Below, one piece after another: positions 13,201-24,860 of a stretch of DNA of 64,000 nt. Each line of letters begins with the position of its first letter. Positions within the stretch are counted from its first letter, which is position 1. The notes below the pieces were generated by a model. It searched no databases. It saw nothing but the letters and a program-made list of their open reading frames with translations, and was not told where the DNA came from. The stretch is from Lophium mytilinum (Eukaryota), in the NCBI GenBank assembly GCA_010093605.1, contig MU004186.1:2026616-2090615 (forward strand), written 5' to 3'. Position numbers and translations under genes: made by a program.

Positions 13201-16200
13201 ATTGAAGATTTGAGACTGGAACGTCAAAGCGAGCGCGTTGCAGAGTGTCTGAACTGTAACGAGGGCTTTCGCATATTCGGTCCCATGGTCCAAAACATCT
13301 GGTCGAGATGCAGAAGCTCCAAGTTCCACTGGAGGGGACGCCTTCGTGAACGGAGCAAAGAAGGCTTCTTCAGAGCTATGCTTCATCAAAGGCTCCAATT
13401 GATCTACAGCTTTCTGTGCCCGCCTGAGAAGCGACGGGAGTGCCAAATGCGGTTTCTGTTCGACAAGAAGCTGAATGACCCGGCTCACTTCCTCGCTAGA
13501 ACCTGTAGGATCATTGAATTTGTACGGCAAGCAAGGTAGTGTTGCAAAATCCAGAGCGAACTCAAGTCCACCTTTCTCGATGAAAGATACACAGAGACTA
13601 TTATTAGTGAAGAAGCCCCCAAGGAATTTGCACACAACGGCGATGTATTTTGTGGCGCTAGGATTGTCTTTAGCGTCTTCAGAGTCAGAAACTTGATCGA
13701 ACGTGACATCCTTGTCCAAAGAAGAATCGACGGCGTCCGCTTCATCCACATCAGTCATGTTGACATCGTCACCGTGAAGGGCTGAATGCACGGGTCCTTC
13801 TTGGCCTCTCAGCGCTCGGCGACCGCCTGAGACAATAATCCGACTGCCTTCATCATTGATCCAGAGCTTTGCTCCTGCACCCTCTTCGACTGCCTTGTTA
13901 TAACACAAGTTCGTCACACGAATGACCATTTGGTAGACCGAATCGAGAACATCGTTCTTAAGTGCAGGATGGTGACGAACAAGCTCGTCAAAAGCACTAC
14001 CAATAATGGTGGACACATCTGGGTCGCTCTCCAAAGCCTTGACATGTGCTGGGCTCTCAAAAACCTCAAAGAAGCTTGCCAGAGCGTCGGATGATTTGAA
14101 AAGCTTCATGCCGGCCTCTGCCAAGCAAATTGCTCCATACGCCGATGGAATATTCGAGATGGCTTCTGCGACAGGTAGAATCCCTTGCGCCAAGGGACCA
14201 TCCCGCGGGGGGAAGAACGCCGGAGTTGGCTTCGGGATGGATGTCGAGTTCGTTGACAATCGCAGGGATTCCGGAAGTGTTGTAGTCTCGTCAGATCCTG
14301 CGCTACCCTCGTCGGCTGAGACCTGCTGCTCCTTTTCCTCGATGGTCTTATTGGTCACAGATTCGAGGAAAGCTTTGCTCAAGCCCGCCTCGGCGATAAC
14401 CTGGTAGCTCGTGGGCTCGTTGTGAATGAAGCTTGTCAAGATCGTGACCGCCATACTCCATACAGTGGATCCGAAGGTCGAAGCGTTCGATATCACTGTG
14501 CGCAATGCACGCAACAGTTGTGGAGAATCAATCAGGTTCCGTAACAGCCGATCGAAGTTACCACCAGTGTGGCCCATCATATGGTTCATAAACTTGAACA
14601 ACCAGCGGAGTGTTTGCTGTTGATGATAAGGAATTTGGTAGTCAGTCAACTGAGTTTTGAAGTCGTTTGGCATCCCATCGCCTTGCTCGGCGCGTGCTTT
14701 CGACGATTCAACCTCGTAAGATGCTAGATCGGCAATGATTTCTAGCCCTTTGGCGTTGACCATGGCTTGGAAAGCATCGCGAAGATTGTATACAAAGGTG
14801 TCCAAGAAGCCCAAGACCTTTGGGTGATTCCGCTCAGCTTTGTTGGTTCGGAGCGTGAGTACTTCGACCAGAATCTCAAGCAGGCCTGCGGACACCATGG
14901 CTTCGCCTGTTCGCAGCTGAGAATTTGGAAGGCCATTAAGTAACGTGAAGAGTGCTTCTCGCCCATCATCTTCATCAGAAGGTTCGCCGGGGGTCTCCTC
15001 CACTGCTAGCTCTGCGACGGTCTTTCGTACCACATAGAAAAGCACTCCATGATTCACATTAACACTGAGTGCAGTGCAAACGTCGGCTGATTTGGTCTTC
15101 TGCTTTGTTAATGCCTCCAGGGCGTTCAATGCATGTGTCTGGAGCTCTTTTGAGACACCAAGTTCCCCATTGCTGGGGGGATGGACGAGTTCCGACAACT
15201 GATAGGCGAGCTGAAGACGACGAGGTTCATCGGAATCTTGCTGACCAAGTTTCTGTTGAAAATTGGGTTCTGAATATACATAGGCGAGGTTTGCAACAGC
15301 AAGCAAGCGGATTGCCACCAAATCTGCTCGGCTTGACTTGCCCGATATCATGGCCTTGGCAACCCGAATTCGATGCAAGAGCTCATACTGCGAGCTCTCG
15401 GGTACCTCTTTCAAGCCGGCACCTACCAACTCATGCGCAGGTGTAGAAGCAACTTTGGAGGAGGAAAGCTCGAAGACTTTCGGCCCAGAGTGTCGTGCAT
15501 GCTCCTGGTCCCGATTGCCAGCCGGTGTAGCCGTCGTCGGAGATTCGTCGAAGGATAAGGTGCGGTGCGGTCGAGGAGTTTGGTTGGGCCCTAGATTTGA
15601 CGTCCGGCGGACTGGAGTAGGAGTCTTGGGCATTGTAGGTGACGCGGGCGTCTCTAACCCTGCGGACTTGCTGGCACCATCAACAGCGGATGCAGAAGGC
15701 TCATAGTATGACAGAACCACCCCGCCCCATTCCTCACTGAGCACGGATTCTGATATGTCGTCCTTGACCAGTGATACCAAATCAGTTGGGCTAATCTTCT
15801 CGCTCTTGCCCTTACGATCCACGGTCATCTTCTCCTTGCCCTTTGCGGATGGTGTGCTGAGAGTTGCAGCAGTGGAAGGGGACTTCGGGAGTGGTGCTGC
15901 GAGCTTGTTAACCTTCTCTAGGTTGATATTGTAATGGCCGGCGAGAAGATTATTGTGGAGGGCGGACGGAGGCATCCGTGAGCGAGAGGCATGGTATCGC
16001 TGCGCAAGACGATGGCTCAAGCGGAGTGTAGTCTTGAGAAGCGAAATGGACGTCGTGTTGAGTAGGTTGTTCAGATGGCTGCTGCTCGCGTACAAGCTCC
16101 GATTCCCACATTGCTCCACAAGCAGCCGAGTGAATGTGAGGATATGTTCAACCAACTCGCGGTCACCATCCTCAGAAAAGAGTAGCTCGTCAAGAATGGC

Positions 16201-16584
16201 ATCTGTCGGCGTCTGTTCCGAGATCGCCTTGCCATCTTCGTCAGTATCGCCCTTCAGCAGGAGTCGCCGCTGGAATGGCTGCGTCTGTGGCCCGCTCGCT
16301 AGCTCGTATTCTTGGTTGAATAGATCTAGTATGCGGTCGAAGCGGTTTAGCGCGGGTATCCAGTGAAACAGGTCGCCTCTAGGAAAAGGCCATAGTCGAG
16401 GAAACGAGGCAAGGTGTGCGGGAAACTGAAATAGTGGAATCGAAGAAGTGGCTTTGACAAACTCCGCGATCATAGGAGACTAGTAGGTGACAACGTTAGC
16501 GGGCTTTGATAGAAGTCAAGACATGAAGATCCATACTATAGTCACGTTGTGCCGCGCATTAGCCGACTTCTTGATCTTGCCCAT
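4247..16584 (-). CDS. TOM1: HECT-type E3 ubiquitin ligase TOM1/HUWE1 (~4,000 aa)
   Basis: Starts MGKIKKS at 16584. Introns at ~16480-16536, 8799-8849, 8685-8735, 8514-8564, 4740-4790 and 4342-4394. Contains [12 protein letters not shown], an acidic tract, UBM-like repeats ([22 protein letters not shown]), and a HECT domain ([24 protein letters not shown], catalytic SHTCFN) ending YFGFA-TAA at 4247. Confidence 0.98.
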
Positions 16585-17256
16585 GATGGCAATATCCCAG
16601 CCAGAAGGCAGGCAGCCTTCCTGAACCTAAGTTGTGTTCCACTCCTCCGATGGGGTCTTGATGGAGCGCGGTGGTGAAATGGAAGGTTCGCGGACAGCTG
16701 GTCGATGAGGTGGGCCTGAAATGGCCTGGAAGAAGCTTCGCTGCGGCTTCGCGGGCAACCTAGAAAGCTTCAGTGAGTAGAGATCCTGCGATAAATAGCG
16801 CACTGAGCGCTCACCTAATAGCCCGATACCGGGCGAGTTATTACAGAGGCCTGGAGATGCAGCAGGAGCTTCGTGAGCCGCGGATGGTCGTCCGTGTAGG
16901 TGTCGGAAGGCGAGGAAGTTAGGTAGGGTAGCGGTGGAGCGTCGACAGAGCAAGAGAGCGCGGTGCAGGCGCGTATCTTGAGAGGAGACGCTGAGGTGTA
17001 AGGAGAAAGTGGCCGCCTACAGTGTGGGTGGGAGAGGTGTCTTGAATTTGGTGGAGAGAGGCGCCGACAAGTTCTCGTGGTGGAGCACGAACCCTACGAC
17101 GTAGGTCTATGGCTCGCTTTGACGCTAGTGAAATCTAGACACGTGACGTAGTACGTTAGACAGGAAATAAGTGGCACCACAGCAGTTCAACAATGTCTGA
17201 AGTGGCCCGAAGAGCTATCAGGTTTGCCAAAGCTGGTCTGCTTAATCTAGTAGGTA

Positions 17257-17370
17257 CAGTAAGTGCTCTAGTCTGCCACTGCTTGAGTAGCTTGACAGCT
17301 TTTTAGATAGCCTAAAGCTAAGAGTTTCTATCTTATTCCTATTTTTAAAAATGTATTTGGAGCACCACTG
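17257..17370. mobile_element. Degenerate Tc1/mariner-like mini-element relic
   Basis: TA|CAGTAAGTGCTCTA at the left end and TGGAGCACCACTG at the right end form an imperfect CAGT-type inverted repeat. AT-rich interior. Shares GCCACTGCTTGAG with the MITE at 22373. Confidence 0.35.
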
Positions 17371-18066
17371 ACCACTGGCTGCCAGCAGCGGCAGACAGGG
17401 GACCAGAAGGCAGAATAGAGTGCCACCTTTTTCATGCCCCCCCCGTGCGAAGCTAGCAATTTACTATGAAGATGGCCTTTTTCGGTACACATGGAACCTC
17501 TGTGGAAGGGTCTCGTCTAGCATACTGTCTCCAATAGTCTCGATATGGGAATGTTCTGGCGAGGGAATGCTACGCATTACTAACTAAATCTATGCTTGTA
17601 TCACTTCATAGCTAGATGATTCGTCTCCTAAGGAAGTCATATATTAATCACTATAGCAAATTCAACTATGGCTAATGAGGTAGGCAATACAAGGTACAGA
17701 CCACTGAGAACCACTTCCAAGCAAATCATACAATCGTAAACGTAAGGCAAAGTAGGAGAACGATAGTTGTTGTCGCGTATCGTTCTGCGATGATGGTAGC
17801 CTGGGTATACGTACAGACATCGCCTACACGCTACTTTTGGTCATGCAAGCATTGCTGATGTGTACTGAAAGCTGACGCACGATGATTCCAGATGATCGAA
17901 AGGATACTAACATGTCGTGGGAATGCGTTCGGCCATCGGGGTACTCAAGTTTGTTGATAAGGCAAACGGCCACGTAGCACACTATGTCGAGTCCAGCAGC
18001 TGCTGCTGGCAGTTTCGGAAATCGGGCTGGCTGGGGTTCTCGGGCCAGTCGTCGCCCAGAAAGTCA

Positions 18067-18447
18067 TCACAGCCAGCCGTTGGTCCCACTCGCTGAATCT
18101 GGCGTCTTTTTCCCCTCGGCCAGCCTCAACGTCTCCTCCAGTACCAGCAAATCCCGCTCGATCATCTCCGCCCAGTTCTGAATGTCGCCAATCTCATTCA
18201 GCTTCTTCGTACTGGTGTCTGCCAGCTTCTGCCACGGCTCGCTCTGTTTAGCTAGCGCTGTAGTCTGCTTAGCTAGGTCCTTCTCTTGCTTTGCGATGGC
18301 ATTCGAGTTCGCATGGAGGTCGGCGGCGCGCGTTCGAAGTTCGGCGTCCACGGAGCTTCCCACAGAGGCCAGCGAAGCGGCGACGGCGGCACGAGCTTCC
18401 GCCGTGCGACGAGCTGATTCGGCATCGGCGGACATATCAGATTCCAT
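18067..18447 (-). CDS. BLOC-1 subunit 1 / GCN5L1 (BLOS1) family coiled-coil protein
   Basis: Single-exon ORF from ATG 18447 with the family signature EIGDIQNWAEMIERDLLVLEETL. Confidence 0.9.
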   Translation of the reverse strand: MESDMSADAESARRTAEARAAVAASLASVGSSVDAELRTRAADLHANSNAIAKQEKDLAKQTTALAKQSEPWQKLADTSTKKLNEIGDIQNWAEMIERDLLVLEETLRLAEGKKTPDSASGTNGWL

Positions 18448-18779
18448 GTAGTGGATAGCCCTGCTTTTCGTCAATAATACGCGCGCCTGCTGAACGGGTT
18501 CGGTATATGGTGAGTGGTGGTGGCTACGAAGCTGGCGTAGTCTGCGGGGTCGTTGATTTATTGACGGTAAGGCCTAGCCCCTAGGTACAGCTCTAGACGA
18601 TAAGCTGGTGCTATTGGCTGAGTGTAGTGCACAATATACGACGTTGAATGTCATACCCAGTCGCCTTTTACGAGCAAGCGTGAAGTTACAAAGATAGTCT
18701 TCAAGTCTCCATTCGAACCACAGGTTTAGCTTCGCTGGATAAAGCGTGAATCGATCTGTCGCATTTCTCTATACAGTTG

Positions 18780-19900
18780 GACCCAACTTTACCATCGTCA
18801 AGCGCGGAAGAACTTGAAACCAGGTTTGCGATGCTAGCACACAACTATAACCAAACTAGTAGCCTAGTGCAGCTATAATTGCTTCGATTACCGTTACCTA
18901 AATTAGACACATGGGGTTCTTCAAGCTCAAAGTCTATACATACCCCTTGTACCAATTGAACATGGCTCGAATCCATTTGTCCTTAATCATCCCAGATCTC
19001 ATGTACCAACGTTAAAGACTGAATGCCAAAGCTCTTCTAGAGCAAGCCTCCGAGCAACCAAGAACGTATTGTGCATAAAACGATCATGTTATCTCCAACA
19101 TGAATGCCTTTCAAAGGCGTGTGACGAGTTGTCATCGTTGGGACGACAAGATGCAGGCGCAGACTTTCCTTGATGACGGTATCTGGATATTTTGCACGTT
19201 TAATCTTAACGTGATCAACCGCTGCTTCGTCTTCAAGAAGGACTAAGAGCAGCTTCTGCGCCTTCCCGGGTTCTCTTGCAGATTCGTAGATGACGGCGAG
19301 TGAAACAGCAATGGTGGCTGGCAAGAACTGTTATTGAAGAACGCAAGCGCAACATCTTCTGCAATCCTGACTAGCACACGAGCAAGTCCCAAGCATCGGT
19401 GATTATCATTGTGCTTTCAACCACCTCAAGGACCAAAAATGTGGTCAACGCTTCGTGATCCGATCCATTGTAAAATACTGGACTAATACAACCATCGCTG
19501 GCCCGAGATCTCATGTTGGCATGCAGGCGTGTTTCTCTATCGCAGGAAATTGCATCGATGGGTCCTGGGCACGTAACTTTCGGTGAATATATTGATCCCT
19601 TTCCCGATCTTGATCCTTCTAGTTTCTTCTCCCTTATCAGACCTCCTCAAGACATTATCTAGCGCTCTTTATGAGTACATCTTTACCATGAGTAGCGATG
19701 TGTTGGTATGATCTTCTGCGAGCAAGGAACATGGAAGGACGTTCAGGGTGTAATAGGAGTCCGGACGCCTTTGAAATATCCACTGGCCCAGGCGTTATCG
19801 CAATCTCGTCATGTAGGAAAAGAGGTGACAATTGCAATAGGTTGGTATCACAGTTGAAAGAAAAGCAAGTAGCTGCTTGCGTTGGTGCAATCGCAACAAG
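18780..19900 (-). pseudogene. Decayed cytochrome P450
   Basis: P450 motifs in the correct order: I-helix-like TIAVSL..IYE.AREP..AQKL, K-helix VIKESLRLH (ExxR), a meander PERW reduced to SL*RWY (~19000-19020), an intron-like gap, then a haem-Cys remnant YSCTRLLVWL*LCASIANLV (~18820-18877). Several stops and frameshifts; limits approximate. Confidence 0.8.
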
Positions 19901-20933
19901 AGTAAAGAAGATAATCGAGCCGCGACGCGCGACTGCCGAGATGCGGAGGATATTAGGGCTTAGTCAGCATTCTATCGAGGTCGGCCTTCGCTCCATCAGC
20001 TCGTCTCTCAATCCGTCAGCAAAATTATTCTCATCATGTCGTCGGAGAGATATTTGAAATGAAAGGCACGCCCAAAAAATCATCAGTTGCAATATCGAGT
20101 TAGGTGTAGCTCCTGGAAATGAGAGTAGACCGTATTTTCGGGGGTAGCTTTATCAAGTATCTGTTCAAGAGCTCCAAACTGGTCTTATAGAGGGCCGAGG
20201 AGGGCAGCGCTTTCATTCTTCTTTTTATTCCTGTCCCCTATGTCAGCACAATCACATACTGTCACTACTCCCTACTTGCGCGTGATATTCAGTACTTTAG
20301 AAAGTTGCTTCACTCTCTACGTGTCGTTCACCCTCAATCTCTTCAATCCGTCATTGCCATTCCCATTGACATCAACAGAAAAACAATTGCTTGCTCTGCA
20401 CAGTGCAAAGTGCAAGCGAAACGCAACGGACGCCCAACTGTAGCCGCTCCGTACAGCGCAAGCTATGCGCCAGCTCTAATAGACAATCGGAAATGATACC
20501 CAAGTCCACACCATCAGCAAATCCTGGCAGGCGATTACGTCGTACGCCATCTTGAACAGAGCTTCATGAGCCATTCACAGTGCAAGCTACAAGCCACCCA
20601 GCCGTCAAGCTATTTTACCGACATGCAGCAACACCACCCCTCGCATGACGACAAGCCAAGCGTGACTAGGCCACCACGCTCAGGTTGGTGAGGAGCCTCC
20701 TAACGTGGGTCTAGAGCTTCTGGTAGCAAGATGTGTGACCCGTGTCTAGAATCGTTAGATGCAGCCACCTCGTATTCCGAATTGGCTAGGCTGAGTGGCG
20801 CCAAATGAATGGGCTGGGCATCATGTAGGCTTATCGCTGCCTACTTAAGCCTGTAAATATTCCGCGTCGGTTTAGTTTCTCCCGTACACTCATCACGGTT
20901 GCCTGAAATCGATTTTCCGGCCGTTTGGTCGCG

Positions 20934-22012
20934 ATGAGCGCGAGAATAGTTTTGCTGTTGCTTCTCTCTTTCCTTCTCAGGGCATGTGCCCAGACCGGAA
21001 GTACACTGCCACCGATTCGTAGCCAAAACCCTAATCTCATCGGCTATACGAAATACGGCAATTCCTGTAGGTTTCTAGACAAGCGTCTATGTAGACCCAA
21101 CTAACTTTCGAGGGCTAGACCAACCATTCACTTGCCCGGACCCGTCTCAAACCGTGACAAGTTCAAGCTCATGGTGGGCTTGTGGCGCTGCCGGAGGAAC
21201 AAGTATTGGAATCGCAACTGCTTGCGTATCGTCAACTATCGTGTATCCTGGGAATGTATTATATACATGGTGAGCGCTCTATTTTTCCGTGCGATATCCT
21301 ACAAAAAGAGTCCTTGTTTGACCACAGCCTCGCAGTAATCCGGGATACATATGTAACACCGGATACCTGTACAGTGATCTTAATGACCAATTTCCACTCT
21401 CAGAGTATGGCTGCCTCGACGGCGGTACGACCTCGTACTACAGAAGTTTACCGTCTACAGCGAGCGCAGAGAGTACAGCGGCCACATGTTAGTATCCTCT
21501 CTTGGGAAGCATGATACTAGAATTGCTAAATAGAACTAGTCGTATCACTCTCAGCGACAGGATCGGCAATACTGTTCACTTTCGGTGACAGTACATACAC
21601 ATTGTCAACGCCAACGGTCGGAGGGAACATCAGTGGAGGTAGTCGATCGCCATCGTCAAAAGCCTGGATCGCGGGCGTCGTGGTCGGCCCAATATTTGGA
21701 ATCGCAATTCTTGTCGGACTAGGGTTCTTGATCTATCATCTCAGAAAAAGAGCAAGGGCAAATGAGCTCTCTCAGCTGCAGCGGCAGCCTGCCCCGACCA
21801 CCGTGGCTAACGCACCCGAAGGTTCTTGGGTCTGCGTGCCAACTGGATCGGCCGGATCACCTCCTCCAAGTATGTTGCCACCTCCTCAGGCTGAACTACC
21901 TTCATCCATGTGGCCACCTCAGCGGGCCGAGCTCTCCTCTCTGCCTCGTATTCGTGAAGCTCCCGGTCTGCAGCGTCAAGTAGAACTAGAGGCTGGAGGC
22001 TCTAGCACATAA
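20934..22012 (+). CDS. Type I single-pass membrane protein with signal peptide, Cys-containing ectodomain and Pro-rich cytoplasmic tail (4 exons)
   Basis: Signal peptide MSARIVLLLLLSFLLRACAQ. Three GT-AG introns (donors ~21067, 21270, 21488) join in-frame exons with about 6 Cys. TM helix KAWIAGVVVGPIFGIAILVGLGFLIY followed by basic RKRAR. Tail with xELxS repeats. Confidence 0.8.
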
Positions 22013-22372
22013 TCGGATAACCTCCAGAGGGCGAAGAAGATAGTACAAGCTCTTGATGATTCTCACACGACTCTAAGACGAAAACTTGTTCTTAATTGAA
22101 CTCCTCCACAAAGTGTCACCAAAGACTTATAAGATCGCTTGTGAATGGAAATTGAAGAGTTGAGTGAGGACATAACTGGGTTGAAAGAGAACCATACACC
22201 GCATCCACCTAAGCAAGGTAATAATAACCACATCTTGGCTCAGTACAAACGAGCACTACGGGCTCTGTCCGATGGTTATATTGTCTCGCTCGTATCATAC
22301 CTTGGAACCCGTCGAAACCCTAAAATTACAGAACTTTGTTACATGATAAGCCTGCCAGTGATAGTACCAATA

Positions 22373-22599
22373 CAGTGACAGGCCACAAGTCTGGGCACAC
22401 TGATTCGCCACTGCTTGAGGTACCCCAACAGGCTCTCGAAGAATCAATGCCTATATTAAGTGACAAGCAGTGCAAATTAGACTGCCTCTTGACTAGCTGG
22501 CTACTCAGCAGCCAGGCTACCCCCAACAGCGGTGTCGAGTAAGCAAGCTGGAGCCGCGCCGTAATAAGTCTGTGTGCCCAGACTTATGGCCTAGTACTG
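22373..22599. mobile_element. 227-bp MITE, Tc1/mariner type (28-bp TIRs, TA target duplication)
   Basis: TA|CAGTGACAGGCCACAAGTCTGGGCACAC ... GTGTGCCCAGACTTATGGCCTAGTACTG|TA; the TIRs match at 24/28. Homologous copies at 48436-49224. Confidence 0.88.
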
Positions 22600-22606
22600 T
22601 ACAAAA

Positions 22607-23972
22607 TCAAGCCTCACTTCGTCGTCGACGTTTGGGGTCCCGGGAACCGTGCTGTCTGCTGGGAGTCGCTGGCCGCTTCGTTGTCGCAGCATCGTCAGCC
22701 TTCTCGTCCACGCCATCCACATCAATATCTGCATCCTCAGCAGTGAGACCTGTGTATGCTTCCAGATAGTTTGTAGTGCTAGTCTTCTTGGGGGCTTTGG
22801 TACCAAGCACATGAGGAACTGAAATCGGCAATCAATAAGAGAAAAAGGTAACATGGATGGTGGTATCTTACTTGCGTTGAAGTCCATCCCCTGGTTGATT
22901 ATATCCTCGAGCTCATCGGCCGCTATGACACGCTTGAAGAATAGGTCAAGCAACCACACCTCTCGATCGCCCGCTACCTCCGGCGCAGAGTCCATAGTCC
23001 GCGGATGACTGCGGCACATGTGCCGCATCAACCCAAAAACTCCGTAGAAGTATCTAAACTTACGCAATCCGTCGTCCGCACGAGTGGAATTCGCTTGGCA
23101 TACTGGGCAGTGGATCTCGATGTAGGCACCGTAGGCGCCTTTTACTACGCAGCCAAGCCAGGTAGGGATCGTGATGATATCATCAGCGTCGACAGGGTCG
23201 GCCGCTCTGCTCAATTTGGTAATCTTGGTTGCAGATTTGGTGTTCTTGGGTTTGGGAGCGACCGCGGAGGTCTGCTTATGTTTGGCGAGGTGTAAGGTTG
23301 GGCTAGTGGCTTCTCTCTTCAAGATACGATATGCGTTCTGACTAAAATGGGACTCCTCGATGGGGTTAGGTTTGTCGAAGGTTCTAGTATGAAGAGCCAG
23401 AGTGGAAGTGCCCATCTTCTTGTACATGTACGCAGTGGTGGCAGCAACACTATCAACGTAGGTTTTGGTCTTCCGAGCAGACTCGGGAAGCGCAGAAATG
23501 TGCACTGTGTTGACGGCAACATCGGCGGCGTCGCGCTCGGTTTCAGCGACCTCGATTTTCGCTCCTTCTGCTAGGAGGCGTTGAACTTCCGGCAATCCAA
23601 GGGCAGAATGCTTCGGGGGAAGGCCCTCGTCTCCGATCTTCGCGATCTCTGAGATGGCTTGCTGGAGACGGTTATTCAGTCCTCAGTCAAACGCTTCCAT
23701 ATTGGACTTACTCCTTGCTTTGCTAAGACGGTCTCCCAAGCTGCGTGAATCTCGTCTCTCTTCTTGATATATCTGTCCTCCTCGCGCTTCTTTTGGAGGT
23801 AGAAGAACCTCACTGCTGACTCACAGAACTCCTCCTTCTCTTCAATCTTTCTGAGCGCCTCCCCATGACCTTTGTTGAGATCATCCATGCAGTTCTGGAA
23901 GGTTATAGACTTTCCCTCGAGCTGCTTCGCCTTTGCACGTAATTTCTCAATGCGAATTTTATTGGGCTCCAT
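22607..23972 (-). CDS. Hypothetical protein: N-terminal coiled coil plus a C2H2-like zinc-finger motif (3 exons)
   Basis: ATG 23972 (MEPNKIRIEKL). GTAAGT/GTAAGA donors at ~23711 and ~22871. Motif IHCPVCQAN...GLMRHMCRSH. Stop TGA at 22607. Confidence 0.65.
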
Positions 23973-24233
23973 GTTGCGAAGCGTTGCGGTGGGTGCGGGA
24001 GTGGTTGGAGTGGTTGATGGAGATGGAGGGAGCTGCAGATTAAGGCGTTTGTCAACAAGCGGCAATGTCACTCATTCACCTTCATTAGAATTCTGCAAAA
24101 CTTCCCGACGAACCTGAACATAACGCTTGCTTCACACCGGGCATGTGTAATCGCCTAGCCATTATACAAATCGTAGCAAAGAACCTGGAGGTGGCCTACA
24201 CAGTCGAGCCTAGGCATTGCACTCTTCTGTCTG

Positions 24234-24860
24234 CTAGTATGACCGTCGAAGCGTAGCTAGCAAACCTATGACATCATGGTTAGGCTCAGCAGCTCGTAAG
24301 AGCAGTCGCCGAATATGCTGTTGTTCACCATCTGTAGGCGCCCGTTCCACACCGTCCATTGGCATAGCTCTCCCCCGCTTACCCGCCTTCTTGTCACACT
24401 TACGGTCATCCCACTCCGGAAGTGCCTCAAACTCCTCGTCAGACATAGGCGGACGTACGACTCGATCATCGATGTTGTAATTGAACGACACCCCTGGCCC
24501 TAGATTGTCCAACAGGCTAGGGCTCCACTCGCGAGTTAGATCGCGCCTGTCCTCCTGGACGAGATGCCCTGAGCTTGTCCGCTGGAGGACTGGATGGGGG
24601 CCGCCGCGGCGGATTGACTTGCCTTCAAGATCGAGGATAAAACACCAGATAGGGGCCTCAACGGGAGTAAGAGGGTTTGCGGGATTAGCTTCGCGGGAGT
24701 CTGATTGGGGAGGTTCGGTCGATGTGGTCTCGAGGGTTTGCTCGTTGGCTGTCCGCATGTTGTCGTTTCCTGTAGTCTGACAAATCCGCTGGGCCATAGG
24801 GCTGTTGACAGAGCTTGCGTTTGAAACAAAAGGGCTGTCGCGCAGCTCGGAGGTCTCCAT
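24234..24860 (-). CDS. Hypothetical protein (208 aa)
   Basis: ATG-initiated open frame with plausible composition; no motif recognised. Confidence 0.35.
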   Translation of the reverse strand: METSELRDSPFVSNASSVNSPMAQRICQTTGNDNMRTANEQTLETTSTEPPQSDSREANPANPLTPVEAPIWCFILDLEGKSIRRGGPHPVLQRTSSGHLVQEDRRDLTREWSPSLLDNLGPGVSFNYNIDDRVVRPPMSDEEFEALPEWDDRKCDKKAGKRGRAMPMDGVERAPTDGEQQHIRRLLLRAAEPNHDVIGLLATLRRSY

